64,000 nucleotides of DNA, from positions 303,014,392-303,078,391 of the forward strand of contig NC_058134.1 in NCBI RefSeq assembly GCF_016433145.1. Reading direction: 5' to 3'. Source of the stretch: Gracilinanus agilis (taxonomy: Eukaryota). Positions 22,930 to 36,066 of this stretch are shown here, piece after piece; the stretch's first letter is position 1, and every line of letters starts with the position of its first letter. The translations under genes and the position numbers were made by a program. Below the pieces are notes generated by a model. That model made no database searches, was not told where the DNA came from, and saw only the letters and a program-made list of their open reading frames with translations.

Positions 22930-23900
22930 TCTCTGCTACCTTGTCAATGAAGAGTTCCTCCAGCCTTGACTTGAAGGATAGTGAAAGAAGACTGTCTCCC
23001 TCCAGAGACAATCCATTCAAATTGGGTATTACTCTCCTGATTAGCAATGATGTCTTTATAATGAACCCCAATCCACCTCCTGGCTCCTAGTTCTACCCCA
23101 TAAGGCCAAGCAGAACCAGACATAATCTCTTTTCTTCAGATAATCTTTTAAATCCTTGGAAGATAACTACGTCCCCCTGGGTCTAGTCTTCTTTGGGACA
23201 AATAGAGCCAATTATTTGAGTTCATCTTAGAAGAATAATTTTCAGTGATCCAGTATCTTCCATTTCTTCATTTACCACTGTTTTTAAAAGTGAGATTAAT
23301 AGGACTCCGTCTCCTGAGCAAGTACAAGCAAAATGAAGATATATATTGTCCTGAGCATAATTGAGATCTGGCTATGGCATATTTTCTCCTGCTAGATACA
23401 GATTCCATCTCACCTCAAGTGTGTCATCATATCTGACCTTCTGGCCATACAACTGCTAGATTACCTGACTTCCTGACCCTCAGCCCTGGATGACCTAATG
23501 CATTCACTTTGGGAGACACTACCCTGGATTTGAGTTCTGATTGGTATAACCAATGCACAAAGCCCACCATATTCACCAGACCTGAGATCCTAGATGTTAC
23601 TTTTCATTTCATTTTTATCATCTACTTGTCATTTGCCCTGCCACCAAGTGCCTTCACCACTTCCACCACCGAGTTTTCTACCTCCTTCTTAGAAATCAAA
23701 ATGAAATCACTACTACCACCATTTAAGGAAAGTGCATTCATAGATTCCCCTTTGTCTCCACCACCATTCCTGTGATTTTCCAAGTCAAAACTCTTTTTAG
23801 CCATAAATTCCCCTATAGATGTCATCTACTCCTTTCAGAATATAAGTTCCTTGAGAGCAGGAACTGTCTTGTTTTTATATTGTATCTCCAGCGCTTGGTA
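22930..23900. mobile_element. L3/CR1 fragment (-) followed by an L2 fragment (+)
   Basis: cagccttgacttgaag..ccattc (CR1 3' region, antisense); agttccttgagagcaggaactgtcttgtttttatattgtatctccagc (L2 end). Confidence 0.6.
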
Positions 23901-23919
23901 AGTAATTAGCATTATCTAT

Positions 23920-24115
23920 ATCTAGCTATATAAGAGACACATACATATATATTTACATGTGAATATGTTGATATTTATATAGTATATTGTAATATATTTA
24001 TATGTGCATATACACAAATATATGTTTGTGTGCATATACATATATGTATAGATAGATAAATAGATAGATAGACAAATAGATAGACAGATAGATATTTTTA
24101 ACTGGGGGGGGGGGG
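23920..24115. repeat. (TA)n/(TAGA)n microsatellite and G run
   Basis: Seen directly. Confidence 0.85.
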
Positions 24116-24319
24116 CATCATGCTTGGAATACATCTCTGTTCTCTGAAGCTCAAAGAAAGCCGGGTCAATAACTTTCCAAATGCCCATGACCTTGGAGTC
24201 TCTGAAAGCCACTTCAGTAAAATTCAGTCAGGATTTCATGAAAGACCCCAACCACAGGGATCTGGAACTATATCTTGCCTTCCTCATCATACCACCACAA
24301 ACCCCCACCTTAAATCTGC

Positions 24320-24700
24320 CAGCCAATTTCTCTCACTAGTATGATGAGACCTCCAAGATGGAAACTATGGGTTCCTGGGTGTATATGGAAAGACTGGAAA
24401 GAATACAGAGGAGAGTCGATGTCTAAGAGGGTACAGTGACAAGAGACCCTAGAATATAACGGTTAGCAGCAAAGAGGTAAAGGAAAGACCATTCAATAGG
24501 GTATGAGGGGTTGGAGGGAGGAAGAGTATTTAGAACTGAAAATAGAAGGGAAGTTTTAAAAATGAAGTATATGAAAAGCTTTCATTGTGAAGAAGGACTG
24601 TATGCATTCTTTGCCTTAGAGGTGAGATAGTTAGAAGGAGGCAGATTTCAGCTTCACCTAGGAATAATCTTGAGGAAAATGGTGCAGAAAATGATCTTGT
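24320..24700 (+). mobile_element. L3/CR1 fragment
   Basis: ctagtatgatgagacctccaagatggaaactatgggttcctggg..actggaaagaatacagaggagag resembles the CR1 ORF2 3' region. Confidence 0.55.
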
Positions 24701-26106
24701 TGTTTCAGAGGTAGAGAATTGCCATAGAGCAGCTTAGAAAGGACATCAGATGTGGAGTTAGGAGACCCAGAATCTAGTCGTTACTCTCATGGTTATTAAA
24801 AGGGTGATGTCGGCAAGTCACTCCCCCTTGGGAGCGTTCATATTTTTTTTTCTGTAATATACTGATGATATTTCTAGTTCTGACTTCACAGGGTCATCAT
24901 GAGGCTGGAACACAACCATGCATGTAAAACAATTGGCTTTCCTTAAAGCATGATGTAAAGCTCACGTGTTATTGTGTCCAGCCCCTGGAGGTCTTCAAAG
25001 CAAAGCTGCAGGACCACTCATCAAGGAGATTGTTTGTAGAAGGGATGCTCTGATCAGGGATGGGTGATAGAGGTGACCTCTGAAGCCCCTGCAGCTCTCA
25101 GAGTCTGTGATTCTCTGGCTAGCTATGAAAATCAAAAGAAATCATGTGCTGAAAACACTCTATGAACATTAAAGAAATTTGTAACTGTCGACAGCTTTTA
25201 TTACCTACCTCCCAGGAATGTTGTGAGGAAACTAGCTTATAAATTTGGACTTAGGGTCAAGAGACTTTTGTCATAATCTGATTGGCTCTAATAACGTGAT
25301 GTGAAAATAACCAAGTCATGTTCCCTTCCCCCAAGCTGAGTTACTACACCTGTAAAATGGGGATATTCACTTTCACATTCTATCTTTTACAGGCTGCTAT
25401 ATGTGGTCTTCTTTAAAGATCCATAATAAGAGGAGTCATGATTATTTTCATCATATCCCCATACCAAAAGGCTTTGTGGTTGCAGCCTCATGGGGAGTCT
25501 CTCCACTGTTGTAGATTGTAGCCTCTTCATGATTCTTTATATAATTTTGGTGAGTTATTATGTCTCCCTTCAGGCAAGCCTTTCTGAACTGACTGTTTCA
25601 GTCTTGCTGGAACTGCCAAAGAATGTGCTTCCCTTAGAGAGGGAAGATATTCCATTAAAAAAAAAAAAAGACCACAAAGGACTTCTTAGAGGAGGTGGCA
25701 TTTTAGTTAGACTTTAAAGAATAAGTAAAAATTCAGTAGGGAGATGGAGGGTGTCCTGGGCACAAGGAATTGCATGAGTGTAAGCAAAGAGGCACGAGAG
25801 GGTGGGGTTTCTTTAGGTTTTTGTTGGAACATAAAATAAGTAGCAGAGAATAAGAGATAGGAAGGCTACCTCCATAATGCTGTACTGTGCAGTATCTCTC
25901 TTGACCCTAAAAACTCTACCTTAACTAGGCTGACACCCTCTAGCAGGCCAGAGTACCAATTGTATAGATGGGAAAATAGGAGGGACCTTAATAAACACAT
26001 CCTAAAGACAATATGAATGCCCTAAAATATTTTGGTGGATGCATAATTTCATGGATGTGAGTGTTCATTCCACTATGGCAGATTCCTGTTTGAAAATTTA
26101 GGACAA

Positions 26107-26251
26107 TCTGGCCTCAGACACTTCCTAGCTGTGTTACCCTGGACAAGTCACTTGACCCCCATTGCCTACCCCTTACTGCTCTTCTGCCTTATAACCAACA
26201 CACAGTATTGACTCCAAGACGGAAGATAAGGGTTTAAAAAAGAAAAGAAAA
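26107..26251 (+). mobile_element. 5'-truncated SINE1_Mdo-type SINE with a 15-bp TSD
   Basis: TSD gaaaatttaggacaa at 26092-26106 and 26252-26266. The element starts mid-B-box (tctggcctcagacac) and has a (GAAAA)n tail. Confidence 0.95.
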
Positions 26252-28619
26252 GAAAATTTAGGACAAGGTCTACTACTTGAAAGTAATGCCATGTCTTATT
26301 AAAGCCTTCCCATAAAGAAAAATCGTGAAAAATAAATTCTTGATGTCAGAGCAAGAAAGAAGCTTATGGGGCATCTGGAAATGACTCTCTTCTACAACAT
26401 CTCTGGTTTATGGTCATCCAGCTTTAAGAAGACCACCACTAAAAGAAACTCATCAGCTCTAGTGGCAGCTTTTTCCATTTGTGGACAGCTCTCAATCTTA
26501 GGGAGTTTTTTCTTGGGTGAATGGATAGACGAGTGGTTGAGTGGATAATTCAATGGAAGGATGGATGAGTGAGTCAGTAGATGGGTAGATGGATAATTGG
26601 ATGGATAGTAGGGTCCACTTCAGAAAAGTAGAATCATTTCCTTCATTCCTTATATTATTTTACGTGGATGAAAAAACACAACTTGTGTCCTCAGCTGGAC
26701 CCTGTCCCACAAATAAAGGCTATTTTCTCCTCCTTTTTTTATTCTATCTGGTGTATCATAAAAGATGGAACACAGAAAATGTTTAAGCAAACCTGGATTG
26801 CCTGGGAACCTCTTTAAACAACAACTAACAACTCAGAAGTGTTGTGAGGAAGATTAATAAATGAGTATCTAGGAGACTTACCAGGCAGGGCTGAAGGATT
26901 CTAAATGGAATGGGGAAGCAGGAAGTGTTGCTTCTCTCTCTGAGAGGGACTCCATGGTGGCTGGGGACAAGTTATAACTGACTCCCTGGGAGACCTCAGA
27001 GGAAGAGGAGTTTGTACCCTGGTTTCCAACAGTGAACTTCCTGTCCTCCTCTTAATCCACCATCTGGGATGCCAAACTCTTATGGGAAAAACCAGGAACT
27101 TTGTAAAAATTATCTAGACTCTCTACTAAGAGGAAACTAGATGGTTCAATGTATATACAGTACTGGACTTGGAGTCAGAAAGACCTAAGTTCAAAAACAA
27201 CTTCAGACATTTTCTAGCTGTGCAGCCCTAGACAAGTCCCTTAACCTCTGTCCACCTCAATTTCTTCTTGCATAAATTGGGAATGATAACAGCACCTGCC
27301 TCCCAGAATTAAAATATTGTAAAAGATTTTACAAACCTCAAAGTTCCATATAAATGTTATTGCCATCATCATCAATCCACAGTTTTGTCTCCACAGCTTT
27401 GGGGTTTTCAAAGGACTTTTCCCCTCAGCAACTTTCTTATCTAGGCAGAAGGTATATTGCTATCCCCATTTTATAGATGAGGAAAGGGGAAAATCAGTGA
27501 GATGAAGAGACTTGCTCAAGATCTCATTGCTATTGAGTATCAGGAGTAGGGACTCAAAATCTTTTCAAACACATTATTGTGAGATCAGCATTTTGTAAAT
27601 CCAATAGCATTACCTCTTTCCCTTTTCTTGCAGAGGTGGGGGTTTATGGAAGTGAAATATTGGATACACTGTCACATTCGGTTCATGTGTTGGTCAGATT
27701 TGCTGGACATTTTTTCTCTTTCTTTTTTTATTCTTTGTTACAATGGATTGCTCATTAGATAAGGGAAGAAGGGACACATGAATTTAATGTAAAAACTAAA
27801 GATGGTGATTTAAATGAGAAGAGAATGCTATGAGGCAATATATGTATGTGTGTGTATATACATGTACATATATATATGTATACATATAAGCTATTTGTGT
27901 GAGTAACAGTGGTGATAGTATGATAAGAAGAAAAGGTGGAGGAGGAGAAAGACTAGATTGAGAGTCCAGGTACAAAATCTCCAAGAGCTACAGTTTCCCC
28001 TTTAGGGAAGTGGGGACATTACCTGCTTTACAAAGTCATTCCACTCTTTGTAATCTATGTCCTCTTGGGAAATTCATTTCAGGCCTCTGAGTCTCTTTTC
28101 TTCTTGTCCAATGGGGACATTCCTGTTCCTACCTGGTTCATAGGAACAGTTGGATGAAAGCACTTCCAGCTCTCTCCATCTAAGGGAGTTTTAAAAGTTT
28201 GGTCACTCCTTTCTTCCTTTTCTGGGCAGAGGACTGATTGGTCAAATGCATTTCACCTGCCACTTTATTAAGATAGCTGTAATCATTCTAGGAAGATCCT
28301 TAGTGCCCCTAATGCAAGGTTCTTAAAGTGGTTTTTGCAACCCCTGTTTTTCAGGTCACATTCAAAATGTCTGTGAGTAGAAGACCTATTTTCTGCTACC
28401 CCTTCTCCTGAATGTCTACTAAAAGACCATCATGGTCCATCCAATGGCCCAGATCATACCTAAGGAGGATTGCAGGGAGTCAGGGGAGAGATAATGATTA
28501 TCAGAAAGCTTATGAATCAAAAGTCATAGAAAAGCGAGTATAATTATTTGGAAGTGATGGCCTATTTAGCCGCCAAGCCTTTGGAGCCTCTATGATCACA
28601 AGATGAGGTTACATTTTTG

Positions 28620-28800
28620 GAATTAAATTGATAACTTGACCAAATCGATTTCATTAGTGAATCTGTCATATTTGCTGTTAATGATGGCGGACAGTAGAAT
28701 GGAAACTGACAACAAACCTTGAAAAACTGGGCAGATCCAAATTATATTACATTGGCATTCATGAATTTTAATACCCTTTTCCATCCTGGGGTTGGGATAG
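28620..28800 (+). mobile_element. Possible very old CR1-like RT fragment
   Basis: Weak, frameshifted resemblance (IDNL..NLS.FAVND) to the CR1 motif INDL..LSKFADD. Confidence 0.3.
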
Positions 28801-29640
28801 GTTTTTAACATTCTGAGCTCACATCTCCCAGATTAAACTCCCCGCACCTGTCTGCACTGCGATTATTTCTATTGTTATGAGTTAATAGGCTTGAGAACGA
28901 AGATGTCGCTTCTAAGTCAAACCAAGGCTAATGAAAGGCTCTTCAGTATGTTTCTGATGAGAGCTTGGTAGAAACCAGATGACTTTCCACCCCTCCATCC
29001 CCCTTCAGGAATGGGTAGTCAAGTGATTTTCCAGTGATCTTAGAGTTTAGGACCTCTGCTCATCTATTTATTGAGCTGTTTGCAGGGGAGTTTATTCTAC
29101 TAAGAACCTGTAGTATCCAGCCTTTTCATAACGTTGGCATCGGTGCCCTGTTCATCTTGTTTCTTATTACTCCCTTTCATATGTTCTCTGTTATAGATAA
29201 ACCGGTATGTACACAACACTCCATCTTGGTGCATTTGCATGGACGGGCCCTTATGTCTGGTGTGCTATGCCTGCTTATTTCCACTACATATACCCACTAA
29301 CTGTGATCAAAGCACAGCTCAGGGGCCACCCTCTGCAGGAGTTCTTTCTTGAGTCTCCCCCACTCCCTCCTCTAGTTCTGAGTGCCCTTCACTTTGAAGT
29401 CACTTTGAATATATTATTAGTGTTCATGTCAAATCTCTCTAATAGAATTCAGTGTCCTCAAGATCAGCAGTTTTATTATCGTTATTTATTTTTATCTTAT
29501 ATTTATTATTATATTTATATAATATTGTCATATTATAAGTACATTAATATATTATGTTATTTATATTATATTTATTATTTATTTTTCTGAGTGCCTAGCC
29601 CAGCACCTACCATAGAGTAAGGGCTTTAAAAAATGTTTGT

Positions 29641-29843
29641 GAGGGCAGTTAGGTGACTCAATGGACTAAGAGCCAGGCCCAGAGATGGGAGGTCCTGGTT
29701 TCAAATCTTACCTCAGATACTTCCTAACTGTGACCCTGGGCAAGTCACTGAACCCCCATTGCCTGGTCCTTTCAGTCCTTCCCAAACTTAGAACTAATAG
29801 CTAGTATTAATTCCAAGACAGAAGGTAAGGGTCAATTTTTTTT
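29641..29843 (+). mobile_element. SINE1_Mdo-type SINE with a 9-bp TSD, inserted at an L2 3' end
   Basis: TSD aatgtttgt (29632-29640 / 29844-29852). Confidence 0.9.
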
Positions 29844-30744
29844 AATGTTTGTTGAGTAGTGAAATTGAAAAATTGAATTAGGATGAACAGGAAGGATGTT
29901 TACCCCAAACATTAGCCAACCAAGATCAGGATCTTAATATCCCCCAACAAGGAATGAGGAGGATGTGAAGATGAGAAATGCATGTTTCAGCTTTCTTTTT
30001 CTTTTCTTTTTAGCAAAGGTGAGGGGATACAAATGCTCTAGGGTACAAGGGAAACAGATCCTTGGCAATTTAACCTGTTCATTTATGCTACAATATCATT
30101 CATCCAATTAATCTTCCTGACTTGATATTCTGTCCAAGGTTCTATTCTAGGTATTGGGATCAGATAGAATATAAAGATGAATGAGTCAATATGATGAAGT
30201 AGGAAGAACCAGACTTTGGAATCGAAGGACTTGTGTTCAAATTCTGACTTTGGCAATCTCCAATAGGATTTTAGGTAAGTCTCTTCACTTCACTGTGTTT
30301 CCTTGTGGTTCAAACAAGGTATCAGGACTAAATGATGACCATGATGTTGTGTGACCTTGGCAAGTCATCGGACCTTCAGCTCCTTTCTCAGCAAAATGAG
30401 TATCCCTTGAGGCCCATTGTAGTTCTAGATCTAGGATCAAAGATAGGAAAATATGCATTGGATAAAATTCTACTCAGGTGGACTTGGACTTGATTGACTG
30501 GAGGTTTTTGTTTTCCTTAAGTTGTACTGAGTAACCTAAGGATTCCTACTGAGTCTGACTCAGTATTCAATCACTGAATAATAACCTAATTATCACTTTA
30601 CCAACTTTTTCTTTCTTTTCTTTCCTTTAAACTATAAGCTTCCTGGGAACAAGAACTGGCTTTTTGTTGTTGTTGTTAATTTTGTCCTTCTTTGTATCCT
30701 CAGCATTTAGTACATTCCCTGGCCCATAATGGATGAATTAATTT

Positions 30745-31255
30745 TTGTTTTGTTTTGTTTTGTTTTGTGTGATTTGAAAATTTTATTTAATTAATTAAGA
30801 ATATTTTCCCACGGTTACAAGATTCATGTTCTTTCCCTCTACTCCTCCCATCCCCTTCCTGTAGGTAATTCCTCTGGGTTTTACATGTGTCTTTGATTAA
30901 GACCTATTTCCATATTATTAATCTTTGCATTAGAGTAATCACTTAGAGTCTACAGCCTCACTCGTATACCCATCGAATCATGGGATCAAGCAGTTGTTTT
31001 TCTTCTGTGTTTCTCCTCCCACAATCCTTTCTCTGGATGTGGATAGTGTTCTTTTCCATAAATCCCTCAGAGTTGTCCTGGGTCATTGCATTGCTGCTAG
31101 TGCAGAAGTCCATTACATTAGATTTTACCACAGTGTATCCGTCTCTGTATACAATGTTCTCCTGGCTCTGCTCCTTTCACTCTGCAACAATTCCTGGAGG
31201 CTGTTCCAGTTCACATGGAATTCCTCCAGTTCATCATTCCTTTGAGCACAGTAGT
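30745..31255 (-). mobile_element. L1 3' end fragment with a (CAAAA)n tail
   Basis: aatattttcccacggttacaagattcatg..ccagttcacatggaattcctccagttc, homologous to the L1 copies at 37.5-38.5 kb and 63-64 kb. Confidence 0.85.
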
Positions 31256-31269
31256 ACACAATAGTAAGG

Positions 31270-31950
31270 TGAATTGACTGTTAACCAGCAAACATTATGA
31301 AGTTTGAATAGAAAGTGGATATTTGGATGACAGAATTAGCATCCAAGAAAATGTTGAAAGACTAGAGTACTGATTTGAATCTATTAAGATGAGTTTCATA
31401 GGGGCAAGTGCAAAGTCCTTTATTGGGTCCCAAGAAAGTACATAATGGTGGTCAGATAGCAATTCTCATGAAAACAATATGAGAGTTTGAATGGAACATG
31501 AGTTCAGTGTAAATCATCTCTGAAATAATATGGACAAAATGGTTGTTTATGTTATCTTAAGTTTCATTAAGATCCCTCATATCTATGACCAGGGAGATAG
31601 ATATTGTACTCTGCCAGGCAGGCAATCTCTGTACTTATTGGATAGGTTTCTAATATCTTTATTTTTTGAAAGATCATTAACAAACTGGAGAGTTTCCAGG
31701 CAGAGGCAACTAGGGCCTTGAGGGGATATGAGGATCTTTTAAAGGAAATAGAGATGTTGAGCCTGGAGGAGAGACTTCAGGGAGACATGAGAGTCTTCTT
31801 CATGTTCTAGAGAGCCAGTCATGGGGAAGGAACATTATACTGCTGCCACTAGGCTCTAGAAGACAGAACCAAGAGCAGTGGAGAAAACTGTGGAGAGACA
31901 CATCTTATTTTAAGGAAGACTGAAAGGCCAGAAAGAGCTGCCTAGGATCA
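31270..31950 (+). mobile_element. L3/CR1 fragment (ORF2 3' part)
   Basis: aagatgagtttcataggggcaagtgcaaagtcc..ttgagcctggaggagagacttcagggagacatg is typical L3. Confidence 0.75.
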
Positions 31951-32138
31951 CAGAAGCAGAGATGGAAAGGATCTTAGAGATCATCTAACTAACCTTCTCA
32001 TTGGAGGCCCAGAAAGAACAAGGCTATGCCTCAATTCACATGTAGAAGAACTAAAGTTTCAAACCAGGTCCTCTGATGCTTAATGAAGTTTAATTCTTTC
32101 CTCCATGTCATGAATTCCCCTTTTCAAGAGTGTATCAC

Positions 32139-32272
32139 AAGGACATGTAGGTGGCTCAGTGGACAGAGAGCCAGGCCTACAGATGGAAGGTCCTAAGTTC
32201 AAATCTGGTTTCAGGCACTTCTTAGTTGTGTGATCCTGGACAAATCACTTAATCCTCATTGCCTAACCCAAT

Positions 32273-32310
<38 letters not shown>

Positions 32311-32373
32311 GTTGGAACCATTACATAGTATTGATTCTAAGATGGAAGATAAGGGTTTTTATTTTTCTTTTAA
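32139..32373 (+). mobile_element. SINE1_Mdo-type SINE with a 13-bp TSD and an internal T35 run
   Basis: TSD aagagtgtatcac (32126-32138 / 32374-32386); T run at 32274-32308. Confidence 0.9.
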
Positions 32374-34611
32374 AAGAGTGTATCACTTCTAGACCAAGTG
32401 ACTAGATACCAGGGCTACCAGGAAGGACATTCTTTTATGTGTAAATATATTATTGAAACACTATAATTTATTTTCCCTATAAAGTTGTAATGAGGATAAA
32501 ATAAAATCATATATAGAAAAGCATTTTGTAAACCTAAAAGTTCTGTTTAAGTACTCGTTTTTGTTATTATTAATTACTATTTTCATTATTATTTTCACTC
32601 CAAATCCCTTACATGCTCAAGCCCCTCCTGTCAATGAGTATTTGGGTGGCAGATGGTACAAATTGCCTGGCATGTTGCTACCGGATCAGCGGGCAAAACC
32701 TGGCACAAGGCAGGCTCCACTGGCTTCAGTCCTCCAGGAATGAACAAACCTGATGAAGTGAATGCTCTGAAATTCTTGTTATCTTGGAAAAGATGGAAGA
32801 GCCTGTCTGGGCAGAAGCCACTCTCCTCCATGTTGATGGCTGATATAAATACAAAAGCCCAAGTTTTCAGTTCATTCATTCATTTGATAAGGACTTATCA
32901 AGTGATTTTATTATTTATTCATAGCACCTTTTATTTATTAAGTACATACATTATATTCAAGGCAATTAGAAAGCATTTATTTATCACTTACTGTTTTCTG
33001 GGTCTGAGGATACCAAGACAAAATGAAACTTTTCTTGTCTTCATGAAGCTTATTCTACTGGGGAAAATACAAGCTTTCCCCTACAAAATAATTCTATAGA
33101 AGGCAGTTTGAAGGGGGAAAGAGCACAAATAATTAAGGAGCCAAAGAAAGACTTCCCATAAAAGGGAGCTCCTCAGGTGAACTCTGAGGAAAATGAAGAG
33201 CTTCGAAACATGAAGCTGGAACTGAAGAGATCTAGGCACCAAGGACAGATAATCTATGCAAAAACAAAGAGGCAGAGGGAAGGGAGAGGAGGAAATAAGC
33301 ATTTATATAGTGCCTACTGTGTACCAGGCACTACACTAAGCACTTTACAAGTATCATCTCACTAGATCATCACAACAGTCCTTTGAGGTAAGTATTATCA
33401 TTTTCTCCATTTTACGACTTGGGAAACTGAGGCAGACAGAGGTGAAATGATTTGCCCAAGGACACCAGCTTGAAAGTTTCTGATGCTGGATTTGAACTCT
33501 TCCTGAATCTAGTCCCAGTGCTCTGTGCCCTATGGTGCCCCCAGATACCCAAAGGAGTTAGAGAATACAGAGTTTAAAGTACAGCATGTAATCCACAGAG
33601 TATGTGTAATGGAGGAAGATGATGCTAGTTGGGAAAGGTCAGTTGGAGCCAGACTTTGGAGGGCTTAAATGCCAGATTCTCTTGAACTCAATATGTTCTC
33701 TGATCTTCTTGGTTGATGGAGCTGTGTTTAAGTCCAGAGTTTATTCCTTTCACTTTCTAATCCTCTATTTATCTGAAAAATGGGCACAATACCCCCTCAA
33801 AATGAATAACATTATTCAGCATCTGTAAGTACAAGGCAATATGACACGAACATATCTTGGAATAAATGCCTGCAGCCCCAAGGAATCTCCTGAAAAATCA
33901 ATATAGGGATGGCATTTGACTAATGAAGGCAACAAAAGATTTATAGTTTTTGAAGACAACCACAAATTTTCTCTTCTAAAAATGCAGATAACAGTGTTGA
34001 ACACTAATTGATCTTAAATTTAGAGCAAGAGGACCCAGAGGCCATCAAGGGAAGCCCTGTTCATTTTATACATGAGGAACTGAAAGCCAGAAAGTTTATA
34101 CAAGTGGCAAAGAGCAGAACCAGATTTTGAACTTAGATTCCAAAACCCTGCATTCTTTCTACTATACCACACCACATCTCGGGAATAGAGCAATTGGAAT
34201 TTCCTGGGGTTACATTAATCTGGGAACCCAATAAGTGGTATATAAAGTCTCCTTTTTTTCTGCTTTAGTGGACTATACCAAGACTTTCTCAAAATGACTG
34301 ATGCATTGTTGGTAGATTTGTGAAATGATCTGAGTAGTCTGGAAAACAATTTTGTATTATGCAAGAAAACCCACTACAATAAAAAAGGTCAAAGATGGAA
34401 AGAAAAGGTCTATATTCACTAAAATATCAAATACTCATTAACTAGAGGATGGTTAAACAAGTTGTGATGCATAAATATAAAACAGTGGTATCAAATTCAA
34501 ATAGAAATCAGATGGATTCCTGAAGGCTTTATCTTGATAATTTTTAAAATACTTTATTATCTATCTCTTATTGTATTTTAATTTATGTTGTTAAATATTT
34601 CCCAATTATAT

Positions 34612-34809
34612 ATATATTTTTATTTTTTTATTTTAAACCCTTAACTTCTGTGTATTGACTTATAGGTGGAAGAGTGGTAAGGGTGGGCAATGAGGGTCAA
34701 GTGACTTGCCCAGGGTCACCCAGCTGGGAAGTGTCTGAGGCCAGATTTGAACCTAGGACCTCCCGTCTCCAGGCCTGGCTCTCAATCCACTGAGCTACCC
34801 AGCTGCCCC
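34612..34809 (-). mobile_element. Young SINE1_Mdo-type SINE (short-tail variant) with a 12-bp TSD
   Basis: TSD tcccaattatat (34600-34611 / 34810-34821); the 3' part reads ccacctataagtcaatacacagaagttaagggttt. Confidence 0.93.
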
Positions 34810-35429
34810 TCCCAATTATATTTTAATTTGGCTCTGGCCGTGCTCAGGTGTGTGGCATGTGGTCACATGTTTAATAAAGAAGAATGACATATATAAGGAA
34901 GTCAAAGAAACAAGGACTTACCAATGTGTTTGTACTGCTCAAGAGTGAAGTAAGGCCAACTGGAAATAGAAGAATTCTATAATAATGATGATGGCATCTG
35001 TGAAAAGAACAATAAAGGTGAAAGCCAACACTGCCTAATAATAGCAGGAATTCTTAATCTTTTTTTTGTGTGATGGAACTTGGTTTTAAATGCATAAAAT
35101 TAAACATAATGGAATACAAAGGAAAGCAGATATATTGAAACATTGCTATCTAAATATTTAAATAAGTTCATAGTCATTAAAAGTTCCTTAATTGTATTGA
35201 CTAATCTTAGAGCTAGAGAAGAGATGAGGAAATGAATGTCTGTCTCCATTTCATAAGAGAAGTGAGTGACTAAGGGTACCAAATGTTGTTTGCCTGGTCA
35301 GATATGTTTCTCTTAGTTTTACTTAACTCTCTTCATTACAAGGGAAAATTCACTGGACAGGAGTGGAGGGATGGATATATCAGCAGGACTGTACAATAAA
35401 TTAGCTCTGGTTCAAAAACAACAACAACA

Positions 35430-35842
35430 CCAGGGAGACCAAAAACAGAGAAAGAAAACTACAGACCAATCTCCCTAATGAACATAGATGCAAAAATCTT
35501 AAATAGAATACTGGCAAAGAGACTCCAGCAAGTAATTAAGAAAATCATTCACCACGATCAGGTGGGATTTATACCAGGAATGCAAGGTTGGTTCAACATT
35601 AGGAAAACCATCCACATAATTGACCATATCAACAGTCTAACAAACAAAAATCACATGATTATCTCAATAGATGCTGAAAAAGCCTTTGACAAAATACAGC
35701 ATCCATTCCTATTGAAAACTCTGGAAAGTATAGGAATAGAAGGACCTTTCCTAAAAATAATAAACAGTATATACCTAAAACCATCAACAAACATCATATG
35801 CAATGGGGATAAATTAGAAGCCTTCCCAATAAGATCAGGAGT
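35430..35842 (+). pseudogene. L1 ORF2 reverse-transcriptase fragment
   Basis: [94 protein letters not shown] are canonical L1 RT motifs with no stop codons. Confidence 0.95.
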
Positions 35843-36066
35843 NNNNNNNNNNNNNNNNNNNNNNNNNNNNNNNNNNNNNNNNNNNNNNNNNNNNNNNNNN
35901 NNNNNNNNNNNNNNNNNNNNNNNNNNNNNNNNNNNNNNNNNNNNNNNNNNNNNNNNNNNNNNNNNNNNNNNNNNNNNNNNNNNNNNNNNNNNNNNNNNNN
36001 NNNNNNNNNNNNNNNNNNNNNNNNNNNNNNNNNNNNNNNNNNNNNNNNNNNNNNNNNNNNNNNNNN
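35843..36066. other. Assembly gap (224 N)
   Basis: N run. Confidence 1.
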
